Positions 52,095 through 64,000 of a stretch of 64,000 bases of DNA are shown in pieces; the stretch's first letter is position 1, and the number at the start of each line of letters is the position of its first letter. The position numbers and the translations under genes were made by a program. The stretch spans positions 22,940,001-23,004,000 of the forward strand of contig OZ024752.1 in NCBI GenBank assembly GCA_964016885.1, given 5' to 3'. The notes under the pieces are model-generated. The model did no database searches. It saw only the letters and a program-made list of their open reading frames with translations, and had not been told where the DNA came from. The stretch comes from Eledone cirrhosa. Lineage: Eukaryota.

Positions 52095-54290
52095 TGTGTG
52101 CGTGCAGATCTCTGGGTCTCTCCGCTGGGAACAACCCTCGGTTTTGCTTGTCCACTTATTTGTTCACTTATTTATTTATTTATTTAGTAAATTTTTACTT
52201 TCTCGTGTGTCCCCCGCCATGTAACCTCCTCTTTGTTTTCTGTTTTGTCTTCTGTTGCCTCCAGATCCGGTGTAGGTGAGCTATGAGGCCTCACTCATAT
52301 CAATCAGCACTTTCCCTTCCACCCACATACAGTTGAACCTAGCACCCAGTCCGATGACAACCAGCCACTCGCCCTTGATGCTGCTTGGTGCCCCAGTCCC
52401 CAGCTCCACCATACATCCTCCATCCCCACCAATTGATACCTGCAGCACCACAGACAGGCGGAAGAGGATGCCGGAATTGTTCGGGGTGCGGCTGTTTCCA
52501 CCACCTTACTTGTGTTGGCTTGACGCGTCAAGCCTCCAGTGCCCTCGCAACATGGAGATACATCAACTGTCTCTTTCCCTCATCTGCTCAGCCGCAGCTG
52601 TCTACTACATCATCAGATGAGACAACAAGTTTGTCTGATGCTCAAGCCTCGCTGGTCAACATCGATCGGCTCAGGCGGCTCCGGAAGATTCCGCTCAAGA
52701 TCCCAAGAGCAGCCTGGGTGCCGGTAGCTGATGTCCCCGCTTCCTCAATTGAGAGTGCCCTGGACTCTAATCGAGCTAGCGACTGGGAGCACCGTTTTTA
52801 TTTCGCCCCACTCGCCCTCGCCCCCCCCCTAATTCTGGTGCTGACCGCGGCGGCCTGTTGAGAGTAGCCTTTGTCAAGGCCAATGTTTCGACCTTTGGGC
52901 AAGTGCCCATCCCAAGCGTGCTCTCGAGTGTCTTCAATCCTCCACCCCTGAGGCCAGCGCTAAGCGTTTATGTGACCGCGTAAACACCAAACTAATCATG
53001 TCTTGGCTGCAGTCAGAGTGGTTGCCTCAGAGGACACTGTCCTCTAGCCCACCGAGGAGGTCCTGGCTGCCCTGCGACTCAAGCACCCTGAGCCACCCGC
53101 TGACCTTAGACCATTACCCCCAACCTGATCCTCGATTGCTTCTTGTGGCTTCTGACGCTGACAAGTCCTTCCCAGCAGCGGAGGTGCTGATGGTCTTTCA
53201 CTTGGCCACCCCAAACAGTTGTTATCCCTCCTCTCCATTGACGCCACGCTGCCTACTCTGTGCAATTATGGCACTCACCAATAGGTTTATCCATGGCGCC
53301 CTGGACCCTCACGCTCGAGGCTTTTCCTGACCACTCTCAGGAAGAAAAAGGGTGGCATACGCCCCATCGCTGTGGGCAATGTCTTCCGGGGGCTGGTTGC
53401 TAAGGTGGTCAACTCGTCCAAGTTGTAGGTGGTGAATGTCAACCATGATGTTGAGAGCTTTGCAGCCTCTGTCTCGGACGTGCGGTCCATTCTCCACCAG
53501 GTACAGGTGACCCCCAAAGAGGATGTCCTCATCCTCGGGTCACCGATCCACCCGCCGGCCATCCGCTCCATCATCAGGACCAGGCTCCAGCAACTCAAGA
53601 CCCTCACGAGCCGACTGGGCATGACTGACAGCCACCTAGCCCTCTTCCTGTTGAAGAACTGCTTCACCATGCCGAAGCTACTCTATACTCTTCGCAGCGC
53701 TCCGTGCTACAGCCATGCATCTCTCATTGCTGACCTTGACACTTGTATCCAAGCAGCAGCTGAGGAGATATGCAAATCAGGTTCGATGATATTAGATGGC
53801 AACAGACCACCTTACCTGTTAGATATGGTGTCCTTGGCATCCGGTCCCCGGGCAAACCCCTTGTCTGGGATGTCACTTGCAGCGACACTTTCTCCAGCTG
53901 CAACCTGGACAGGTTTGCGGTCATGCCCTTGGCAGTGGAGACTTCTGGTGTACTTGACCCTAGGGCAACCTCCTTACTCACCATCATAGGCGCTGAGCTT
54001 GTGTGAGCCTCGCGAGATGGAATGGCTGTTCCAGCGCATCTCCCTTACCATCCCCCTGGGAAACGCCTTCTCCATTCTGTCCGCCAGGGCTGTGGGGCAG
54101 CCAGTACGTGGGACTCCATTTGCTCACAATACAGGGAGAGGGGGAGGGCGAGAGAGATGGAGGCGATAACAGTGGGAGTTCGGCTGTTCCATATTTGGAC
54201 ACATTGCACCTGTCATTTGGATTATGTGATATTTTACCGCTCTTTCCTTTATGATCATTCATCCGTTTTCGGTTTAACACCGGTTACTAA
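52095..54290 (+). mobile_element. Degenerate, internally deleted CRE-type non-LTR retrotransposon
   Basis: KKKGGIRPIAVGNVFRGLVAK, ILGSPI, LLKNCFTMPKLLYTLRSAP, QTTLPVRYGVLGIRS, GKPLVWDVTCSDT, PLAVETSG, WLFQRISL: RT and restriction-like endonuclease motifs typical of CRE. Confidence 0.82.
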
Positions 54291-56429
54291 ATGAAAAGCA
54301 GGAATTAATAATTTCATGTAATTATAAAATCCTGAACACTTTTAAATATTATAAACCCATCTAATACTTGAAATCACTATGGTCATTACTAGTTTCTTCA
54401 ACCAAGTGAGACGTAATTAGAAATAACATATTCTTACTCAAATGATCTACCTACAGAATAAATGAATGTCAGTAATTAATTAAATCAACATTAATCGGAT
54501 CCTTCAAAAGCTGATATAGTATTTCCTCATTTCAATAACACTATAGACTCCTAAACTAATCAAAATAACTTACAATCTAACTAATCTAATTGAATTAATG
54601 AAAATCATATTCTTCTATCTAAACTCTAATACATATTCAAAAGCAATATTAAAATTTAAATACAACTTAAATTACCATGTATTATACGCAGCAGTCAACA
54701 GATTAAAGAAGACTAGTTGTCTAGCTGTTACATTAGAGCACATGACTAAATGCGCTGCTCTTAGTAGATCTCTTCTTTTAAGGTCCTGAGTTCAAATCCT
54801 TCCAGGGTCGCAATGGTAGATTGGATGTAATGTTTTTAATGGTTCACATTACTTGAAAAAGAACAGAGGCTGGAATGTACCTGTATTATAGGTTTGCTTG
54901 ACTGGGGTGGGATTTCTGGGACTAAATAACGAATTTTAATCTAGGCACGTATGCTGCGAATTGACAGATGTTAGAACGTCAGATTTAATGCTGTTGTATT
55001 CCTTCCAACTCTCTGCTCTGTGAGTTCAAATCCCGCCGAGGTTAGTTTTGCCTTTCATCCATTTAAGGTTGATAAAAGAGTACCAATCTAGTACTGAGGG
55101 TAGATTCTTGCTCTATATCTCTTTCTCACTTCCATTCCCTCTCACTCTCTCTCCTTCTTTGGAAGAAATCTGCTGTATTCAAAACTGGAGAAGAGATGGG
55201 CTCCGCCAGGTTTAAACATGCCCTACAAACTCCGTATGTTAATATGGTGGTACCTCTACGAGCCAACCCCCTCCCCAGGAGTTATAGGACCATACATACA
55301 TACAATCTAGACACTTAAGGCAATCAATCAACAAGATCCCTGACCTCATTCGCTTACCGAGTGAGGTGGAACTGGTCATGTGAGACGAAGGAAAGAATGT
55401 TTCCACTGGTCTTTCCATTGCTCCTGCTATCACCGGTTGCAACTCATGTCAAAAAGAGAAACGTGAAATAATTTGTCTTGCTGAAGGAACATAAAACAAC
55501 GTCCTGTCCGGGAATCGAACTCGCAACCTCAATTCTCTAACCATAAGACGCATGCTTTCACAACCTAGACACAAGGTCAGTAATTTTTTGGGGAAAACAC
55601 AGTCAATTATATCGATCCCAGTATTTGACTGGTACTTTATTTTAATTTTATCGACCCCGGAAGGATGAGAGGCAAAGTAGAGAAAGAGAGGGGGAGAGTG
55701 AGTGTGTGAGTGTGTGTGTGTGCGGTTGACAAACAGACAGACCGAAGAGGAAGGTTTATAATATATAAATAGAATCACAAAAATAAAAGATAAAAGAAAA
55801 TAGAATGAAATTAAAAGAAAGTAAAATATAAAGTTAAAAAATATAAAAACAAGTTAGAGAAAAGCGAGAAAGTATTTGAATTAATTAGTTGTTAATTTGT
55901 CTGTTGGTCAGGTGGAATGGGTAGAACAACAATAGAAGACAAGAAATCGAAGGTCGTACAATTGTAAAACGATATATGAGTGGGGAGCAGAAAGAGGGGT
56001 AGGTGTATGAGGAAGGGGAGGGGGAACAGGAAGAAAACGAGGAAGAAGAGGTAGAGAATGAAGGAAGAAAAGAAGGGGAAAAAGAGAAGAGGACGAAGAA
56101 AGATAGGAGGAGATAGAGAAGGAAACGAAGATGATGAAAATGAGGGAGGGGTGTGGTAGAGAATGAGTGAGGGGTGTGGTAGAGATTGAGAAAGGAAACG
56201 GAGAAAAAAGAAGAGAAGAAGAAAAAGATGCAAAAGAAGAAAAGAGGCAAGAAGGGGAGGAGAGGATAGGTACTGTACAATGTCATGCGCAATTAGCCAT
56301 AAGTACTAGCAAACAAGCTAAATACTTCATTTTAAGCGCTGTCTGGCCTTCGTCTCCTTTACTCTCTCAACTAAATCTTCAGACGTAAACAGAAACAGAA
56401 TACTAAAGAAAAACGAAAGTAAACAAACA

Positions 56430-56617
56430 CAAAGCAACAACAGCAACAACAGCAACAACAACAACAGCAACAACAGCAACAACAGCAACAGCAACAACAA
56501 CAAACAAATAAACAAGGAATGCGTAAATAAACAAATAAATAAATAACAATAATAAAATAAAGGTTGTTTTATGTGAGTTTGTGTGTTTATATATATGTGT
56601 GTGTATATCTATTTATG

Positions 56618-56683
<66 letters not shown>

Positions 56684-57040
56684 CGTGTGTGTATACATAT
56701 GTACATGTATATATATGTATATGTATGTACATGTATATATATGTATATGTATGCATATGTATATATATTTATGTGTGTGTCTGTGAGTGTACGTATGTGT
56801 TTGTGTGGTATATATATATATATACACATACACACGTATGGGTATATATATATATATACCCATACGTGTGTATGTGTATATATATATATATATGCATGTA
56901 TGTATGTATGTATGTATGTATGTATGTATGTATGTATGTATGTATGTATGTATGTATGTGTGTGTGTATGTATGTGTATGTATGTGTATGTATGTGTGTA
57001 TATATATATATGTGTGTATGTGTGTGCATATACATGTGTT
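56430..57040. repeat. (CAA/CAG)n, (TAAA)n, (TA)n and (TATG)n simple repeats
   Basis: Direct reading. Confidence 0.9.
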
Positions 57041-57894
57041 TATAAATAAATCCTAAACACATAGCGATACCGCATTTTCTTTCCTACGACGAGGTGTTTG
57101 TGAATTTTCGGAAAAAGCAGACTGACAAATTAGTAGTGTAGGTTAATCAAGCCCAGCTAATGTTAGCTTTTAAGACGAAATTAAACTTAGCCGAAATAAA
57201 AGGAGAGCAAGTAATTCGCCATGTTTTTGTCAACTTACAGAGAAATTTGAATTCCTTTTGCTCTCTTTGCCACCCAGAAGTCAAATTCTTAACTGATTCG
57301 TCTGAAAAATCAACATAAACGAGTGGTTAACAAGTTGGCTTCCTAACCAGACACACACACAGACACAAGTACACAAGCACGCATACACATACACGCGCGC
57401 ATATCTGTCAGTATATCTTTTTCAATAAATCTTTTCGCAAATCACTTTTAAAATATAGTGTCTATGTTATTTATAAAATATTTCTTTTATAAATAAATTC
57501 TGGTAATCCTTTGTTTTAAAATCATGGAGAGGTATGTTTTGATCTTTTTCTCAAAAGGGTTAATGTTGTGGGCCCCAAGGAAAGCAATCTTTAGGCAGAT
57601 GCCCTAACAAATATGTCAATTTGCTGCTTTGCGCAATGCATTAGGCAAGTGTTTTCTACAATAACCTCGGATTAACTCACTTCTTGTTCAGTAAAATTTG
57701 ATGGACGAAAACTCTACTGAAGCCTGTCGGATGGATTGCATTTATTCATGAGTGGTAAACTTAATACAGTGCTTGATTTCACACTACTATCTGGCTCATG
57801 GCTACCATTAACTTAGATACTGTGTTAAACAGATGGACTAGGTGTCTCTCTTTTTAAGGTAAACCTTCAGTGATATTTTCTTCCTCGCTTCCCT

Positions 57895-58085
57895 TAGCAT
57901 CTAGCCTCCGGGCAAAACCAACCCGCAAGAGACCCCGAACAAGATGGTTGGATAACATCCATGATCTTGGCTGGTCTCGCTTGGGGATCCAACTGGATCT
58001 GCTGGATACTGTTGCTTCCGACAGGACTCACGGGAAGAAGTGTTTGAGGACTCTGACCCCACGACCCTATCAGGAATAAATGGGC
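57895..58085 (+). mobile_element. 3' fragment of RTE-like LINE
   Basis: KPTRKRPRTRWLDNIHDLGWSRLG..VASDR motif. Confidence 0.65.
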
Positions 58086-58475
58086 GAAGAAGCAGCAGCA
58101 GCTCCCCTCTGCTAGATACAGAAGCTCTACAAAAAAATAAACGAAATTTATTTTTTCTTTCTTTCTTCCTACCGCTAATCTATAAAATGCCACTGTCAAA
58201 CGTCCGAGAAGTGTGACTTAATCGGTCGAAAATAAAGTATCGATTTGCACCAGGTGCTGAACAGGATTACTGTTAGAGAGAACATCTCATTATATGTATT
58301 TTTACATAAAAACGAGCAATATTCATCTGTGACGAATAAGTAACCCATTGTTTTACAGAGGGAAAACGTAGTATTGTGTTTCTTTACCAAATTGCAACAA
58401 AGCTGTGTTAATGTATCGTACATACCCCCCCCCCCCCATACACACATATTGCGTTATTTTTGCTTTTTGACATTT

Positions 58476-58512
<37 letters not shown>

Positions 58513-59100
58513 AAAGAATAACAAGGACGATTGGTTACTCCTTCATTACATTTATTGATCGTCCTTGTTATCCTTTCAATATATTACACTCTGTATATAT
58601 GTGTGTGTGTAAAAATTAAACAGAAATATATATATACATAAATGTAAGTATGTATGTATACGTACATACATATATGTATACAGACGTACAGTAGTATGTA
58701 TATATATACATACATGCACACATATATATATGTACGTATGGGTTTACCGAACATTTATTATAATGTTCGGTTTGTTTGTAAACAAACAGCCCGAATTACG
58801 CCGTACAGTGTTCAGGCAACCATCGGCGCCTTTTTTTTAAAAAGTATCAGCCGTACTAATAGTGAGATATATATATATATATCCAGGGGGTGTAACTTGG
58901 AGTTACTGTAGGTTCACCCGGGAGAGCACTCGATGTTTAGGTTCACTTCTGTTTAATTTTTACACACACACACACTCATATATATATATTAGTTTAACGC
59001 TTGATATTGTTGGAAAAGCATCATAAGGTTTCGGACGTGTAGCTATCACAATCAGTAACCTGAACGCAAAGAAATGTAAACTAGAACAGTATTATCTACT

Positions 59101-59283
59101 GGCAGTATCGGTAGAGGGTCGGACGCCATGCTTTGACGCATAGAGTTACGGCCCTTGCCATTATGAGTTCAAATCCCGCCGAGGTTAACTTTGCCTTTCA
59201 TCCTTACGGGGTCGATAAAATAAAGTACCGGTAATGTACTGGGTAATTGCTGGCCTTGTGCCAAAAGTAGAAACAAGTATTAT
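59101..59283 (+). mobile_element. SINE family A copy
   Basis: Near-identical to 10070-10250. Confidence 0.85.
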
Positions 59284-59515
59284 CTACGATCTCAGACGTA
59301 ATACATAAACCTACATTTAATCCTACTCACCAGACACATACTACATAAGACATACAAGGGGAAAAAGCAATCACGGTTTTAAGAACCATACCCTAACTAC
59401 CAGCATAACAACAATGAACACGCACTAATTACTAATATGGGGGGTGGGGGGTGGCGGTCGTCATCAGGCAGCAGCTATTGTATTACGTAGTTCCACTCTC
59501 TCTTCCCCTCTCTCC

Positions 59516-59554
<39 letters not shown>

Positions 59555-59774
59555 GGTATATATATATATCTAACAATGGAGAGGGAAATAACAAGGCCTC
59601 CTGTAGTGGGGGGTAGGGGGGGGGCAACCAGCGACAACCGGAGCAATCTATTTGTGCCCTTTTTAGTTTTAGGATGGTAATGATGTAATTTTCAACGGAA
59701 ACTTCAATACTTATATAATATATATATATATTTTTTTTCCAGCTATGTCAATATTTATTTATAAAACAAATCTG

Positions 59775-59838
59775 TATTTTATCTGATGAAAGCGCACCAT
59801 AATTTGCCTTGGTTGCCCTTGAAATATATAATAAAATA
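59775..59838 (+). ncRNA. Type I hammerhead in PLE terminus 59740-59972
   Basis: TATTTTAT CTGATGA AAG..CTT GAAA TATA TA ATAAAATA; same family as 15687, 19400 and 44032. Confidence 0.78.
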
Positions 59839-60181
59839 AATATGGTTTTACAAATATAGTTTCCATTTATTAATATATTGTATATTTACTCCACTAACTT
59901 GTTGAATGGTTTATATCAGTTATAAAAAATTTTAAGCTTGTCGAATCCCAACAAATTAAATATAACCTCTGCATATATATATATATATTTCGTTTCTGAA
60001 TTTGTTTAGCAAGATTCTTTATCTGAAAACGTGTGTTGAAACCGATATTGTTATACTTTGGGAGGGTCATGTTGCCAATAAGAAACACACGCACCAGTTG
60101 TTTCACTTCAATTTATTATAATAAATTTATAAATTTCCGGTTGGTTGGTTGGTTCCACAACCAGATGGTTGTTTATATATT

Positions 60182-60224
60182 GTCAAAGTTCTTTCGTCAC
60201 ATATTCTGTGACCTCTTCAGTGAC
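60182..60224 (-). ncRNA. Type I hammerhead ribozyme
   Basis: Mirror of 62733-62775. Confidence 0.82.
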
Positions 60225-62732
60225 AGGGGATTCTTTTCTTTGTTTTTGTGCCTCTCCTTTGTTCTGTCCTACGCCATCTTGTTTCTGTGTGTGTGTTGTG
60301 TGCTCAGTCTGCGCATGCGCCACATCCGGGTGTCTGTGTGTGTTTATATTCGTTTATTTATTTGTTTATTTACATGTTACAGGTTGGTTGTTTGTTCTAT
60401 GTGCGTGTGTGTTTTCATTTTGTCCGTAATTGTAAGTTGTGATGTTGCTGTTCCACTCATGTTTTCTATTTAATTTTGGTTGTAATTCTTTTATGTTTAT
60501 TGCCTCTGTGATTTGTCTAAACATTGCGTCTTTTCTGTGTGTAGATTCTATTTTTATTTCTATGTTCTCTAATTTACCCTTATGTTCTATTTTAGCATGT
60601 TGGTAGAGTACAGATGATTATTTACTATCTTGAAGGTCTCGCCAGTTTTCATTTATCCGTTCCCCTACATTACGAGCTGTCTCACCTATGTACACTATAT
60701 TTTTGTCTCTACAATGTCCTTCAGTACATCTTATGCTATATACTACATTTCTAGTTTAACAGTTAATATGGGGGCTTAATTTACAGGTTATGCATTTCTT
60801 ATTTATACAGGGGGGGGGGGGGTCTTGCTAATAAGTGTTTTTATGGAGGTACCTGGTCTTTCTACTATCTTAAGGGGTCTTCTAATTGTTCTTTAAGTTT
60901 AAGTTTAAGTCTACTGTCCCACCATACCATGAATAAGTTAGCTATGTCGCCTGCAATGCTAACACCAATGGCTGCTCCCTCCTCTTGGGCATATGTTTTT
61001 CCATTAAATTTGAACATATGTTCCTTAAGGGTTAATTTTATGCTGGCCCCCACCGCATGTGCAATCATTTTCTTTAGTTCATCGTGGTTTTCGGGGCTCC
61101 GTATGGTTCTGGTCCACCCGTTCCATCTATCTGTGTGGGTTTTCTTGGCCATTGAGATAATGGTAGGTGGTCTGCCTCTTGCTGCTCTTGTAGGGCACAG
61201 GTTGCTAAGGTCATATGTGTCTAGATAATTATTACTATAGGTAAGTTTAAGTAGGAGTCCCAGCTCACTGGTATCAATCCCAGGGAACTCAACATTGCTC
61301 TCACTGATCATTTCTACGCATTTCTCCACAGCAAAATTCAGACCACCTACCATTACCTCAATGGCCAAGAAAACCCACACAGATAGATGGAACGGGTGGA
61401 CTAGAGCCATACGGACCCCCGAAAACCACGATAAACTAAAGAAAATGATTGCACATGCGGTGGGGGCCAGCATAAAATTAACCCTTAAGGAACATATGTT
61501 CAAATTTAATGGAAAAACATATGCCCAAGAGGAGGGAGCAGCCATTGGTGTTAGCATTGCAGGCGACATAGCTAACTTATTCATGGTATGGTGGGACAGT
61601 AGACTTAAACTTAAACTTAAAGAACAATTAGAAGACCCCTTAACCCTGATAATGTACTCCCGCTACGTTGATGATATAAACATCGTAGTTAAAACACCCC
61701 CACTAGAGAACAGTCAGGAATTAGAGAAAAACACAATGGAAAGCATCCAGCAAATAGCTAACTCCATCCACCAGAGTATTAGAGTTACTATAGACTACTC
61801 AAGTAAACACCCCAACCATCGATTACCTGTACTAGACACAGAGCTCTGGTTAGATACCATTAATAACAAAAAACAAATCCTCCATTCCCATTATGCCAAA
61901 CCCATGACTTCCAAATATCTGATCCACCGAAACTCAGCTGTTTCGGACCATACCAAAATCAACATACTGATTGCGGATTTGGTACGGGTGATGAGAAACG
62001 TGTCCCGCATGTGCAACCCCGAAGAACTAGAGAGACACATACAACACTTCATCCACCGTATGCAGTTCTCTAGTTACAATCAGAGAGATAAAATCAGAGT
62101 GTATAGAGGAGCCAGAACCAAATGGGAAAAAAATGGTAAATAATGACACAAATGGGTCCTGCCCCTTGTATAGGAGCAAATTTTGGAATAGAATAGAAAG
62201 AACTAGGAATCAGGCTAATAGAATAAACTCATGGTATGATAGCAATACATACCAGAGTGTAATGTTCATCGATACAACCCCTAGAGGTGAATTAGCTTAC
62301 AAATTTAGAAGGGCCCTAGATAAACATAAACTCAATATTAAGATAGTAGAAAGACCAGGTACCTCCATAAAAACACTTATTAGCAAGACATACCCTTTAC
62401 AAAGACCCTCCTGTATAGATAAGAAATGTATAACCTGTAAATTAAGCCCCCATATTAACTGTAAAACTAGAAATGTAGTATATAGCATAAGATGTACTGA
62501 AGGACAATGTAGAGACAAAATTATAGTGTACATAGGTGAGACAGTTCGTAGTGTAGGGGAACGGATAAATGAACACTGGCGAGACCTTCAAGATAGTAAA
62601 TAAACGAATATAAACACACAGAGACACCCGGATGTGGCGCATGCGCAGACTGAGCACAGAACACACACACAAAAACAAGATGGCGTAGGACAGAACAAAG
62701 GAGAGGCACAAAAACAAAGAAAAGAATCCCCA

Positions 62733-62775
62733 GTCACTGAAGAGGTCACAGAATATGTGACGAAAGAACTTTGAC
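62733..62775 (+). ncRNA. Type I hammerhead ribozyme
   Basis: GTCA CTGAAGA G GTCAC AGAATAT GTGAC GAAA GAAC TT TGAC. Confidence 0.84.
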
Positions 62776-63836
62776 AATATATAAACAACCATCTGGTTGT
62801 GGAACCAACCAACCGGAAATTTATAAATTCTTAAACTTATAAATTTATTATAATAAATTTAAGTGAAAGCAACTGGTGTGTGTGTTTCTTATTGGCAACA
62901 TGACCCTCCCAAAGTATAACAATATCGGTTTCAACACACGTTTTCAGATAAAGAATCTTGCTAAACAAATTCAGAAACGAAATATCGTAAGCCTTAGCCA
63001 GGCTAACAAGATACTGAAAACCACCATGTTCTGTTGTCTACGAAAAACAATAACATCTCGACAAATACATTTTATAAAAGAATGTGCCTCGTCCCGAGTT
63101 TACACCATCAACACCGATGTAAGAAGATTACAGCTCACCAAAAAGCAAGCAGATAGGCTAAAACGAACACTAATTCTAAACATAAAAAAAAGATCTATAG
63201 AGAATTAAGTCATCAAGAAAAACATAAGCGTAACCTAATACAAGAAATAACTAAGATCACCACACCAAGAGAAAAACTAATATTTATAAACCTTATACGT
63301 CCTGAAGAACAGTACATTGTTCAAGAATGTGATAAGCACTTTAACAAGAAACTAAAGTGGCTTAAACAGATAAAACTAAATCAAGATACTTTAGAGAATA
63401 CCAATAGATACCCCGACAAAATTGACGGTATAAATATGGCCGACATCTCATTAACAGATGAGTTCAACAACAACAACACAAATATATACGGTAACACTAC
63501 GGTCGACTCTGATGAATTATCTGTATTACAGCTACCACCTAAGTATGCGACATTCAATAAGGTAAATATGATTAGATGTTTGTCAGAAATAGAAAAATCA
63601 TTTACAAAATTACGTTGGAGCCTCAAAAACAAAAACAAAAACAAAAGTAACAACATACGCACACACATATACAACACACATCCCAACAACAACAGACACA
63701 CAGACACAAACAACAATAACAATAACATACACATCAACAATAATAACATACTCAGAAACAACAATAACAACACACGCAACAATAATAACATACACGGAGA
63801 CAACAACAACAACACACATCAACAACAACACACATC

Positions 63837-63870
<34 letters not shown>

Positions 63871-64000
63871 CACACCCATTCAATGCCTCTCACCACCACC
63901 ACAATCTTAACAAACACACAGACACAGAAAACAAGTAATGGCACTAGCACAGAAATAAGGGAAGGTAATAGGATTGAAAGGAGAAGGGAGACTATGGACA

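Larger units (their letters stand above)
59985..63640. mobile_element. Head-to-head pair of truncated PLE copies followed by a partial tandem ORF start
   Basis: Minus arm 61335-59985; plus arm 61340-62985 (GAAIGVSIAG, SRYVDD, LPVLDT; GIY-YIG VVYSIRC..VYIGETVRSVGERINEH). N-terminal [25 protein letters not shown] at 62899-63630. Confidence 0.92.

Noticed and set aside
55165-55450. Higher-GC unique-looking stretch as a possible exon
   Set aside because: The frame I translated has stops and no recognisable homology; no clear splice pair seen.

Overview
AT-rich animal genomic DNA, most likely cephalopod/octopus-like (inferred from the SINE families and (TA)n density, not proven). It consists almost entirely of nested transposable elements separated by microsatellites. 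Recognisable parts: two tandem Dong/R4-type retrotransposons ending in (TAA)n; two tRNA-derived SINE families; DD37D (maT) and DD34D (mariner) transposons; five Helitron derivatives; one intact 1044-aa APE-RT (RTE-clade) LINE inside a (TA)n tract; a degenerate CRE-type element; and many Penelope-like elements (PLEs, RT + GIY-YIG). The most striking signal is about 20 type I hammerhead ribozyme (HHR) motifs from roughly 9-10 families. They sit in PLE-derived insertions that repeatedly form two inverted arms embedded in (TA)n. One arm stops about 13-55 nt after the ribozyme cleavage site. The other runs about 60-90 nt further through a conserved RCTC...GAGY hairpin. Only weak candidates for host exons were seen (7169-7403; 51646-52090). 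Coordinates were read by eye and may be off by a few bases.
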